Below, in pieces: positions 26,349 to 34,387 of a stretch of DNA of 41,290 nucleotides. Every line of letters begins with the position of its first letter. The stretch's first letter is position 1. Made by a program: the position numbers and the translations under genes. This DNA comes from a virus (lineage: Duplodnaviria; Caudoviricetes). The notes under the pieces were generated by a model. That model was given only the letters and a program-made list of their open reading frames with translations. It had not been told where the DNA came from and did no database searches. The DNA is taken from positions 1-41,290 of the IMG/VR virus record IMGVR_UViG_3300020045_007920; one strand, 5' to 3'.

Positions 26349-27097
26349 TGAAAAAAATATTACTCACAATTCTAGCTTTTGTTGTACTGGCGACACCGCA
26401 TCAGTCTCACGCCTTGATTACGAGTGGTTTGCTTAATTGGTACACAATGAATCAAAGAGAGATGCATGGTGGTAGATTGTTTGATCTGGCATCGACCACC
26501 GCAAATCTAACACTCACAAATATTGCATCAACCACGTTCTATACGATGGGGAAACTTCGACAAGGTTTCAACTTTGATGGTTCAAATGATTACGCTAGAA
26601 CAAACATACCACCGATTCAACATGGGCCTTCACAACCCTATACCTTTGCATTTTGGATGTATAAGAATGCAAACGTAGCCAACCAAAGCAATCTCTTTGG
26701 AGGTAACGGAGGATCATCAAATGCATGGATAACATCTTTTCTTCACAATGTTACAGGGACGATGTTCTTTCGTATGTGCAAAGAAAATGTAGACTGCCGA
26801 GATACTCCAATATCAGGAGTGCTACCTCTTCGAACTTGGATACATGTTGCAGGCGTATATGATACTTCGAACACACACTTAACTTTGTATATCAATGGTG
26901 CATCAACTACTTCACGAGTGGCGAATCTAACCGGTGTTACGACAGGAACATCCCAAGCGATGTTTATTGGTTCATATAAAACACCATCCCTCCATTTCAG
27001 TGGTCGCATGGACGAAGTAATGATCTGGGATAGAGCATTGTCACAGCAAGAAGTAAAAGATGTGTTTCGTTATGGTGCATCTAAACACGGACGATAA
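26348..27097 (+). CDS. Secreted LamG / concanavalin A-like lectin-domain protein
   Basis: Signal peptide; FNFDGSNDY, WIHVAGVYD, LYING and FSGRMDEVMIWDRALSQQEV. Confidence 0.88.
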   Translation: MKKILLTILAFVVLATPHQSHALITSGLLNWYTMNQREMHGGRLFDLASTTANLTLTNIASTTFYTMGKLRQGFNFDGSNDYARTNIPPIQHGPSQPYTFAFWMYKNANVANQSNLFGGNGGSSNAWITSFLHNVTGTMFFRMCKENVDCRDTPISGVLPLRTWIHVAGVYDTSNTHLTLYINGASTTSRVANLTGVTTGTSQAMFIGSYKTPSLHFSGRMDEVMIWDRALSQQEVKDVFRYGASKHGR

Positions 27098-27101
27098 ATA
27101 T

Positions 27102-27371
27102 ATGAACGACCACTATTATCAAAAAGATGTGATTGACCTCAAATTAGATTCTGTTCACACCCGTTTTTCAGCCCAAGATAAAGTGTTGGCACAGATACTA
27201 GAACAGACAACCAAAACTAATGGACGGGTAAACAATTTGGAAAATGGAGTTAGGACTCAAGGCGATGAGATTAAGAAATGGAAGAACTACATTACCGCAG
27301 GAGTTGTTGTTGCAAGTGCTATGGGTGCGCCAGGAATGTTTGCTATAATAAAGACACTACTAGGAATATGA
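27102..27371 (+). CDS. Coiled-coil plus C-terminal TM protein (XhlA/holin-like)
   Basis: QTTKTNGRVNNLE followed by a TM helix; start revised to 27102. Confidence 0.6.
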   Translation: MNDHYYQKDVIDLKLDSVHTRFSAQDKVLAQILEQTTKTNGRVNNLENGVRTQGDEIKKWKNYITAGVVVASAMGAPGMFAIIKTLLGI

Positions 27372-28216
27372 AACCTCAAATAAATTACACAAGGATTGCT
27401 TCTAACTTCGTTTATCCAGAGATTTCTCACGAGGACTATCGTTTCGGTGTTCAATTAGACGGTAAAGTATTAAGAGCTGACGGTGACTGGCGTGACTTCG
27501 TTCCACCGAGTGAAGACCAGAACGTAAACGGGGTTGAGAGTTCAGCATGTTACGTAGAAGCGCAACAACACGCCCTTGCTACTCTCCAAGAAGAAGAATT
27601 TAATGAAGCTGATAACAACTACGCCTCTGCTTGGAATGTTATTAACTCTGATGGTACAGAACAAGGTGGCGACCCTATCAAGGGCGCACAATCTATAAGA
27701 CATGATGGGCTTGTTCCTGAAAACCTTTTACCTTTTACAGACAAAATAAAGACGTGGCAAGACTTTGCGTCCTTTAAGGTTCGTGGTAATCCTGACTTAT
27801 GTAAAAAAGTAGGTCAAGAATGGTTAAAGACGTGGACACCTGCATGGGAGATTGTTTTTGAGCGTAATGAAGATGTAAAGGTCAAGTACACGAAACTTCG
27901 TCAAGCTCTTACGAGAGGCCCTGTACCTATAAGTGTATGCGCTTGGTTTGAACGTGATGGCGTGTATTTCAAGCCTGAATATGCACAAGATAATCATTTA
28001 ACGCTTTGTGTATACGTTGATGAACAGAACAGACCATACTTCTGGGACACCTATTCACCGTACCTAAAAATAGGTGAGCCTTTTTATGACAGTGACTTTG
28101 CCATGCTACTTAGTTTGAATAAAAAAGAAGAACCCGTAAAACCAATAAAAGTATCTTGGTTTACTCGCTTTATCAATTTCTTTGCATTTCTTTTCAAGAA
28201 ACCTTCCTATGTTTAA
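27368..28216 (+). CDS. Papain-like cysteine peptidase
   Basis: DWRDF...EDQN...SSACY (Gln and Cys), DNHLTLCV (His), YFWDTY (Asp); ATGA-coupled start at 27368. Confidence 0.6.
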   Translation: MKPQINYTRIASNFVYPEISHEDYRFGVQLDGKVLRADGDWRDFVPPSEDQNVNGVESSACYVEAQQHALATLQEEEFNEADNNYASAWNVINSDGTEQGGDPIKGAQSIRHDGLVPENLLPFTDKIKTWQDFASFKVRGNPDLCKKVGQEWLKTWTPAWEIVFERNEDVKVKYTKLRQALTRGPVPISVCAWFERDGVYFKPEYAQDNHLTLCVYVDEQNRPYFWDTYSPYLKIGEPFYDSDFAMLLSLNKKEEPVKPIKVSWFTRFINFFAFLFKKPSYV

Positions 28217-28475
28217 AAAACTTTTACATAAATTAGCTGGCTGTACGTGGGAAGTGTCTACTGATATTTCTAAAGTCATATGTATACATTGTGGAGCGAT
28301 TGAGAATTGTTGCCCTGACCAAATAAATCATAAAGATACTTACATAAAGTGTAGGGGACTTACAAAACCCTTGAGAGGAGATTCTTATAATTCTCTTAAA
28401 GAAAATGAATGGTGTCCTCATTGCACAAAATATGGAGCATCTAAAAGTTGCTCGAAACATTCAATACCTCAATAA
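28209..28475 (+). CDS. Small Cys-rich (Zn-binding) protein
   Basis: CIHC and CPHC pairs. Confidence 0.55.
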   Translation: MFKKLLHKLAGCTWEVSTDISKVICIHCGAIENCCPDQINHKDTYIKCRGLTKPLRGDSYNSLKENEWCPHCTKYGASKSCSKHSIPQ

Positions 28476-28476
28476 T

Positions 28477-29043
28477 ATGAATATACCAACAATGATTGTG
28501 TTACATTCGAGTGATGTTAGAAAGAGTATACAGCCCGCTCAATTCAACTCCATTAACAACTACCACAAAGAACAGGGTTTTCCTGTTTCCTCTTTAGGCA
28601 TTTACGTTGGGTATCACGCACTAATTGAACAAGGCAAGGTTATTGAGTGTCGTTTACCTACAGACGAAGGGGCGCACTGTAATCAACAAAAGAATGGTAA
28701 GTCAATCAACTTCCAGTCTTTAGGTGCCTGTGTCTCGGGTGACTATGACGTAGAGAAGATGTCTCCAGAGGACTACGATGCCCTACGTCAACAAGTGTGG
28801 GCATGGCAAGCTAAGTACAACATTCCTAATTCAGAGGTCTACTTCCATAGGCACTTTAATACGCTCAAAACATGCGCTGGCTTGCTTCTAACTGACGAGT
28901 GGCTAAAAGGACTACTAAAGCAACCTAACGCCGTTCCTAGCGCAACCTGTGTAGCGGAAAAGGCTGAATTAGAGGTGGAGTTATCAACGTGGAAGCGTGC
29001 GTATCAATGGATAGACGATATTTTGAAATCAAAGTTTAAGTGA
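28477..29043 (+). CDS. Endolysin, N-acetylmuramoyl-L-alanine amidase (Amidase_2 / T7 lysozyme-like)
   Basis: IVLHSS, VGYHALI, GAHC, SLGACVSGDY and FHRHFNTLKTCAG (His/His/Cys Zn ligands). Confidence 0.88.
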   Translation: MNIPTMIVLHSSDVRKSIQPAQFNSINNYHKEQGFPVSSLGIYVGYHALIEQGKVIECRLPTDEGAHCNQQKNGKSINFQSLGACVSGDYDVEKMSPEDYDALRQQVWAWQAKYNIPNSEVYFHRHFNTLKTCAGLLLTDEWLKGLLKQPNAVPSATCVAEKAELEVELSTWKRAYQWIDDILKSKFK

Positions 29044-29128
29044 CGTATAGAGTTCGGAGTAGATTAAAGAGCCTAGCTCTGCTACTCCGCACCCTGTACA
29101 GCACAGGATTAGTACATTGAAAGGAGTT

Positions 29129-29362
29129 ATGAAGATACCCATACTGTCTTTTAACTACAGAAGAAATCGCCCTCCACTTGTTGGAGTTTACGTGCCAAGG
29201 ATTGTGAACAGGAAAATGAAACTTCCAAAACACACCGAGAATGTTCTAGTTTCCGAAGGCCGTTACAAGACACTCAATCTTGTGGCCATTCATAAGTTTG
29301 GCGAAAGATGGATTTACGTTCATCGTTGTCATACCCCAAAAATGAAATGGGGTTGGCGATGA
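29129..29362 (+). CDS. Small basic hypothetical protein
   Basis: 77 aa from ATG 29129. Confidence 0.45.
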   Translation: MKIPILSFNYRRNRPPLVGVYVPRIVNRKMKLPKHTENVLVSEGRYKTLNLVAIHKFGERWIYVHRCHTPKMKWGWR

Positions 29363-29482
29363 AAAGACGATTAGACCCACCACCTATCCTACCTCGACCA
29401 AGGATACGGAAAATTCCTTCACTTCTGTATCTTCTCAAACTTAAATTACGAACCCGCCTCAAGTGAGGAAGGTTTGCTACCG

Positions 29483-29517
29483 CCGTAGATGCTGGTCACA
29501 TCTACGGTTTTCTTTTT
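29483..29517 (+). terminator. Intrinsic terminator
   Basis: CCGTAGATG-7 nt-CATCTACGG followed by TTTTCTTTTT. Confidence 0.8.
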
Positions 29518-29528
29518 GCTATAATATA

Positions 29529-29650
29529 AGTTCGTGCAATAGGCACATAATTCGCAATCAACTCCTACCAAGGAAGCACTGAGTGTAGGTGTTTACAATC
29601 ATTGAACTCTTAGGCTCATGAAGACCTGTTACTATCGAGACAGGTTTTCT
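29529..29650 (+). ncRNA. Candidate small RNA (about 120 nt)
   Basis: Bounded by TGCTATAAT (29517) and hairpin GAAGACCTGT/ACAGGTTTTC (29620-29649); short internal stems; no credible ORF. Confidence 0.35.
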
Positions 29651-29690
29651 GCTAAATGGTATAATAGGGCATATAAGTAATCATATTTTT

Positions 29691-29882
29691 ATGCAAAAAT
29701 ATAGCTCAATATACGCCTCGATTATCGTTGTGATTATAGGTTGGTTTGGTCTAGCAGGGTATGTCACTGATACTGAAATTGGTGCTATCGTTGATAACAT
29801 CATCATACTCATTGGTATCATAAGTACCATTTACAACCGACACAAACAGGGTGACGTTACTGTTCTAGGCTTTAAGAAATAA
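29691..29882 (+). CDS. Putative holin (2 TM)
   Basis: 63 aa, two hydrophobic helices, basic C-terminus RHKQGDVTVLGFKK; near the amidase. Confidence 0.65.
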   Translation: MQKYSSIYASIIVVIIGWFGLAGYVTDTEIGAIVDNIIILIGIISTIYNRHKQGDVTVLGFKK

Positions 29883-29900
29883 ACACGTTATCCCCAACTT

Positions 29901-29925
29901 AAGGCGTGCGAAAGTGCGCCTTTTT
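29901..29925 (+). terminator. Intrinsic terminator
   Basis: AAGGCGTGC-GAAA-GTGCGCCTT followed by a T run. Confidence 0.75.
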
Positions 29926-30043
29926 GGTATAATTGTAGTATGAATGACCTCGTAGAAAAGTGTATGTATTGTGATAGAGAACGTAGTAGTGGAACTGCAT
30001 GTTGTGAAGCACATATGCACGACCGTAATCGTGAGTTAATTAA

Positions 30044-30250
30044 ATGTTCGACAAAGAATTAACTAGAGAAACATTTATTGAAAGTAAAGTTAAACGCTAT
30101 TGTTATTTTTGTTCTGCGGGACTTGCGAACGGAAATTGGTATAAAAATACCACAGCCAGTTGTAAGAAATGCTTAAATGAATTAGACAAAGAACTTTTTG
30201 ATATAAAGATGGATACAAGAAGAAAAAGTTACACCTCTACCTACTTGTAA
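30044..30250 (+). CDS. Small Zn-finger-like protein
   Basis: CYFC...CKKC; preceded by a 40-aa Cys-rich ORF at 29940-30062. Confidence 0.55.
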   Translation: MFDKELTRETFIESKVKRYCYFCSAGLANGNWYKNTTASCKKCLNELDKELFDIKMDTRRKSYTSTYL

Positions 30251-30346
30251 CCCTATTTCTTTAATCTCTTAATAATCATCATGGCGTGAGCGAATAGGAC
30301 TAAGGCTCCACCACTATGTTGCTTGTGTAGTTAAGTAGGGGCATAG

Positions 30347-30724
30347 TTATTTTTTTAATTCTTCTTTATACCTATTGCACGTTTGGTATTGTTCGTAGGT
30401 TAGGCTTGCAACTGGAGATGTACACCACTCCACCCATTTTACTTTACACTCTTTGAAACCTGCTATGGATTCAGGTGTGGATGTAGATTGGAAGTTAGCA
30501 TATTCGATGACGTACGCTTGTCTCCAACAACCATCCTCATCAGCACGTAATGAATACTCATATACTGGATATATGCGTACACTTTGCTCGTAGACTTTGA
30601 GCTGTTGTTTAGAAGGCACGCGCGGGCCAACTAGGATCACCCACCAAAGTAACGCGCCAAAACCTCCTACTAATGCCATAAAGATAATTACTCCTATCCA
30701 CAACTTTTTTGTTTCTTTGTTCAT
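30347..30724 (-). CDS. Membrane-anchored hypothetical protein
   Basis: N-terminal TM helix; four Cys. Confidence 0.7.
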   Translation of the reverse strand: MNKETKKLWIGVIIFMALVGGFGALLWWVILVGPRVPSKQQLKVYEQSVRIYPVYEYSLRADEDGCWRQAYVIEYANFQSTSTPESIAGFKECKVKWVEWCTSPVASLTYEQYQTCNRYKEELKK

Positions 30725-31022
30725 ATACTTTTATCTTACTCCATTATGTTTTTAATGTCTTCGACAATTGCAAACAAGAGCCCAAACATGATTAATATCG
30801 CCCCAATGACTGAAACAACCCTTAAATTACTATAGATAGATGCCATCCCCATTGCTATACATGTTCTCATGTTATATGTTTATTATTATCAATAATAGCC
30901 TTTAACTCACCCACCTTCCCACACTTGGTACATTGACCTGTTGCTGTTTTGGCATCATCTGACCCCCCCCAATGTATTTTGCCTGTTCAGAACAGCATTT
31001 GCTGATGTAGTAGGAGGACATG

Positions 31023-31730
31023 TTATTTATCTCCATAACGACCTCTAATCTCATCTGCGACCTTCTGGGCATCTTCTTTGGTAGCATAGGAACCTAGGAA
31101 AGCCTTTCTACCCTCTAACTTATTATTATTGCCAAACTCCATAATGTCTCCTTGTCCCGTGATAAACCAAGTCTTTTTTATTACAGAGTATCCTGCTTTT
31201 TTAACCACCTCTATCGCTTCATCAATCGCAAAGGGTTCAAGAATCGCAGAAGAATCAGGGTTTAACGAAACCACTGCACGAGCACGGAGGCCGGAGTGGG
31301 AATCCGAAACACTGTCCCAGTCGACGTACACCCTGCGAGCGTCAGCGCTCCAGCCCACGCTCGGGACGCCGCCGCCCGAGAACCGCGAGCCACTACAGAG
31401 TGTGACGTTGTCGACATCCAAATGCTTACCAGTCTCCTCAAAATACTGCAATTCCATTATCAAACGTTCACGCAATGTGATACCTTCAACACCTTCTTTT
31501 TCTAAATTTTTTGCAGATTTGTTTTTATGTTCCTCATCAGCCTCAACTTCTTTTAGAAAGTATCTAGTAGTAGGTTGTTTTGGTGATGGAAAGTCCTTGT
31601 CTAGTTTTTCTTTGTCATAATAATTCCAAACATTAAACTTCTTTTTCATCTGTTCCATGATTTCAGAAGTTGTTAACTTTCCATCGTCAATAATTTTGAA
31701 GTATTTTGTTTTGTCGAATGTTTTAGTCAT
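31023..31730 (-). CDS. DGR-target-like protein (C-type-lectin-like variable region located internally)
   Basis: GITLRERLIMELQYFEETGKHLD..TLCSGSRFSGGGVPSVGW...VYVDW...SGLRARAVV; the segment 31266-31391 is GC-rich and A-depleted on the coding strand. Confidence 0.65.
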   Translation of the reverse strand: MTKTFDKTKYFKIIDDGKLTTSEIMEQMKKKFNVWNYYDKEKLDKDFPSPKQPTTRYFLKEVEADEEHKNKSAKNLEKEGVEGITLRERLIMELQYFEETGKHLDVDNVTLCSGSRFSGGGVPSVGWSADARRVYVDWDSVSDSHSGLRARAVVSLNPDSSAILEPFAIDEAIEVVKKAGYSVIKKTWFITGQGDIMEFGNNNKLEGRKAFLGSYATKEDAQKVADEIRGRYGDK

Positions 31731-31731
31731 G

Positions 31732-32022
31732 TTATTTACTCTTTAAGCTGTTAATGTAAGTGGTGAGGTCGAAGAGCGCAGCGTTGTATGGTCCAACGTC
31801 TCGTCTTGACCTTTTATCTTCATCTTCATAATCAGATTCCATTCTTTTATTCCCCTCCACCCACTCCTTAATATCTTCTAGGTCTTGAGTTCGGATAGAG
31901 GTGATGAAGTCTTTGGCATATTCAACATCAACGCCTGAAATATGTTTAACACCATCTCTATCTATTTGGACAAACGTTTCTTCAAACCTTTCTTCTACTT
32001 CTTTGTTGGTTAAATATGGCAT
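31732..32022 (-). CDS. Hypothetical protein
   Basis: 96 aa, operon packing. Confidence 0.7.
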   Translation of the reverse strand: MPYLTNKEVEERFEETFVQIDRDGVKHISGVDVEYAKDFITSIRTQDLEDIKEWVEGNKRMESDYEDEDKRSRRDVGPYNAALFDLTTYINSLKSK

Positions 32023-32187
32023 GGTTTTAGTAAAATCTTTTTAATTCTCTGTGTAATATTTTGAAATATACCCACCTATACCACCTTGGCGCATGATGAC
32101 ATTTCCAAATGTATATTCGACCACTTTTGGAAAGTTTCATTTCACAGTAAGGTGGGTCGCATTCGTTGTACGTTAGGCATGGTGTTC

Positions 32188-32445
32188 TCATTTCTTTATC
32201 TGCTCAATTAGTTGTAATATGGTGTCGAAAGTTTCTCCATACACTAAAGGGTTTTTCTCCACCTCCTCTTTCAACGTATCGAGGACTTTGATGATGGATG
32301 AGGAGAGGAATGATTTGATTAAATCTACGTCGAAATCAACAGGTTCGTAATCTTCTCCAACATCTGCAAGGAACCCTCCATCTGCGGCAGTTTTTGTAAT
32401 CTTCTCATCAAAACTCTTTTCTATCTCTTGAATAGGGGATTTCAT
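32188..32445 (-). CDS. Hypothetical protein
   Basis: Start revised to ATG 32445 (MKSPIQEIEKSFDEK...), immediately after the upstream stop. Confidence 0.65.
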   Translation of the reverse strand: MKSPIQEIEKSFDEKITKTAADGGFLADVGEDYEPVDFDVDLIKSFLSSSIIKVLDTLKEEVEKNPLVYGETFDTILQLIEQIKK

Positions 32446-32446
32446 G

Positions 32447-32650
32447 TTAGTTATGTCCTGTCGGAAAATTAGTAGTTCCGCCAGAGGATGTAATATGCCA
32501 ACATCCTCCTGTACTTCCACAAATTGGACATCTGTAAGGTTGTTGATGAATATACTGTGGAATAATTGGATAATGCTGAATGTATTGTGGACGTTTCTCA
32601 AGTTCAGCAATTCTTTTTTCTAGCTCTTTAATTTTTTGTTCAATTTCCAT
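32447..32650 (-). CDS. Small coiled-coil / Zn-ribbon protein
   Basis: KIKELEKRIAELEKR...CPICGSTGGCWH. Confidence 0.7.
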   Translation of the reverse strand: MEIEQKIKELEKRIAELEKRPQYIQHYPIIPQYIHQQPYRCPICGSTGGCWHITSSGGTTNFPTGHN

Positions 32651-32683
32651 ATATCTTTATATTTACTTTAGTAAGGTGTGGGG

Positions 32684-32906
32684 GAGACGAACTAGGAACT
32701 GTGGGCATACTTGTTGGAGTATTTGGCTAGAATCTTATTACAGACGATTACCTCGCCCACAGTTTCTAATTCATCTCTTGTAATGATGGGGAGTTGGGGA
32801 AGGCTATGTGAGATATAAAATCCCCATCAGACTGCCGAATTTAATTGGGAACGACCCATGGCATTAAGTCATGTGATGACATCTTGCTCCCCCAACTCTC
32901 CACCAT
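32684..32906 (-). ncRNA. Two tandem long-stem structured RNA elements
   Basis: 23-bp stem 32684-32706/32755-32777 and 20-bp stem 32783-32802/32887-32906; two of the three imperfections in each are G-U on the minus strand. Confidence 0.45.
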
Positions 32907-33292
32907 ATTGTTAATGTACTTTACTCATTACACCAATCATATACATCCACCACACTCTGCCTCATGTTGTAATTTTTTGGTTTCTTACCATACCTTCTTT
33001 CACGGTCAACCCTCTCCTTTCCGCACACGGGGCACATCGTGATATGTTTGAAGTACCAATGTTTCTTTTCTATTTTAATATTCTATTATCTTAATAAGTA
33101 TCCATTCGACGACTTTCTTGATAAACTTGATTGTTTTATTGAGCATTCACTTTTTAACTACTTGTCTTTTCACTTCTCCTGTATATCTACAGATGACAAC
33201 GTATACAATAGCGATTCCCAAGTCTTCGGTGTCAGTTACCTCCCACCAGTTAACTGAATTGATATTTTTTTCTTTTATTATTGGATTTATGC

Positions 33293-33505
33293 TCATGGCA
33301 ATATACTTTTAATTAACTTTATAATACTAACTTTCTTCTTTACTCTCGGAATACTCATGAGGGGGCGGGGGTAGTCAGGGAGATTTTTCTCGTCCTCCGC
33401 TACCCTAATCTTCCTCCACTTCTGACGTTCCATATCCTTAATGACTATCTTGGTAAGACGTTCTGCTTCGTCTCTAATCCAAGCCTGTTCAAGTGCGGGT
33501 GTCAT
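33293..33505 (-). CDS. Hypothetical protein
   Basis: MTPALEQAWIRDEAERL...; coupled to neighbours. Confidence 0.6.
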   Translation of the reverse strand: MTPALEQAWIRDEAERLTKIVIKDMERQKWRKIRVAEDEKNLPDYPRPLMSIPRVKKKVSIIKLIKSILP

Positions 33506-33506
33506 T

Positions 33507-33650
33507 TTACATTTCAAATAAATCTAATAATCTCTCAAGGAACTCACTTTTACTTTCGTTTGTTTCACGCCTCCACACTTTGTTAAAGCGATCAGCCGTC
33601 TCTTTATGTACTAATACTGCTTTCCACTCTTGTTTATCGTGTTTGACCAT
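33507..33650 (-). CDS. Small RHH-like DNA-binding protein (47 aa)
   Basis: Manual translation MVKHDKQEWKAVLVHKETADRFNKVWRRETNESKSEFLERLLDLFEM*; first gene after the promoter at 33795-33822. Confidence 0.5.
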   Translation of the reverse strand: MVKHDKQEWKAVLVHKETADRFNKVWRRETNESKSEFLERLLDLFEM

Positions 33651-33664
33651 TTTTGTTGATTAAC

Positions 33665-33776
33665 TATTAAAAAGAAGAACGCCCATTACTCACGATCCTC
33701 GATATAGAGCGTAAGTCCGCCGAAGCAGTAACCCTCCAGTCGTCTCCCGTTTTTGCTTGCGTTCCTCTTTTTAATA
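33665..33776 (-). ncRNA. Structured leader RNA closed by an 18-bp stem
   Basis: 33665-33682 pairs with 33759-33776 (one G-U on the minus strand); internal CUGC-UUCG-GCGG hairpin. Confidence 0.45.
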
Positions 33777-33794
33777 TTCAATCTTCTATACTTT

Positions 33795-33841
33795 AGTATA
33801 TACTAATTAGTATAGAGGTCAAATGTGGGACATGTGGATAA
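33795..33841 (-). promoter_or_regulatory. sigma70-like promoter with a palindrome and an upstream DnaA-box-like motif
   Basis: TTGACC (33822-33817), 16 nt, TATACT (33800-33795); palindrome TATACTAATTAGTATA at 33799-33814; TTATCCACA at 33841-33833. Confidence 0.65.
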
Positions 33842-33842
33842 C

Positions 33843-34208
33843 TCAAACGACCAAAGTAGCTATCTCTTTGGCCCTTGTAGCGGTTAGTGATCGTCTTTTT
33901 GACATCCTATCCTCGTTCACCCAATCGTTGATGTCTATCAGGCAAAAGAAATCTGGGTACTTAATAACCACGAAAGAATCTACCGAAGCAAGACAAAACC
34001 CGTCAAAAGGATTCTGATAGCCTACGTCTGGTATCTTGTATACGAGTACCCCATTCTTGGCATTCTCCAAGGCGGACACTTGATGTGGGACTACAGCGGA
34101 GAACGGGACCGAGTTTGTTTTAGTAAGTTTCAACTCAAAACAGCACGTCCTCTTATAAATTGTCTTCATCCACTTATTAAATGTTGACTGGAAGTTTTTT
34201 TCTTTCAT
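33843..34208 (-). CDS. RecU-like Holliday junction resolvase (PD-(D/E)XK fold)
   Basis: EKNFQSTF...CFELKLTKTNSVPFSAVVPHQVSAL...KIPD...NPFDGF. Confidence 0.65.
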   Translation of the reverse strand: MKEKNFQSTFNKWMKTIYKRTCCFELKLTKTNSVPFSAVVPHQVSALENAKNGVLVYKIPDVGYQNPFDGFCLASVDSFVVIKYPDFFCLIDINDWVNEDRMSKRRSLTATRAKEIATLVV

Positions 34209-34387
34209 TTTCTTTCGTGAGGGAACGGTTTGTAATAACTTATCGCTCTGATATCCAACAAATTCAACACGCCTTTATCCGTCAAAATCTTATTCTTCTT
34301 ATGTTCCCTATACTTGGCAATAAGCTGACTACCATCCTTAAAAATAACTCTAATTTTAGCACCCGTGTAAAAGGAAGTGTGAATCAT
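34205..34387 (-). CDS. Small hypothetical protein
   Basis: 60 aa, ATGA-coupled on both sides. Confidence 0.7.
   Translation of the reverse strand: MIHTSFYTGAKIRVIFKDGSQLIAKYREHKKNKILTDKGVLNLLDIRAISYYKPFPHERK

Noticed and set aside
4024-30250. Stop-codon reassignment
   Set aside because: Genes are full length and densely packed under code 11, and TGA, TAG and TAA all act as stops.
31129-31620. 163-aa plus-strand ORF and other long antisense ORFs (e.g. 7147-7584, 24252-24743, 40619-41011)
   Set aside because: They are shadows of well-supported genes on the opposite strand, with no motifs and against the operon direction.
32684-33776. tRNA genes in the structured intergenic regions
   Set aside because: No cloverleaf, T-loop GTTC(G/A)A in context, or acceptor stem was found by eye; tRNAscan-SE/ARAGORN would be definitive.
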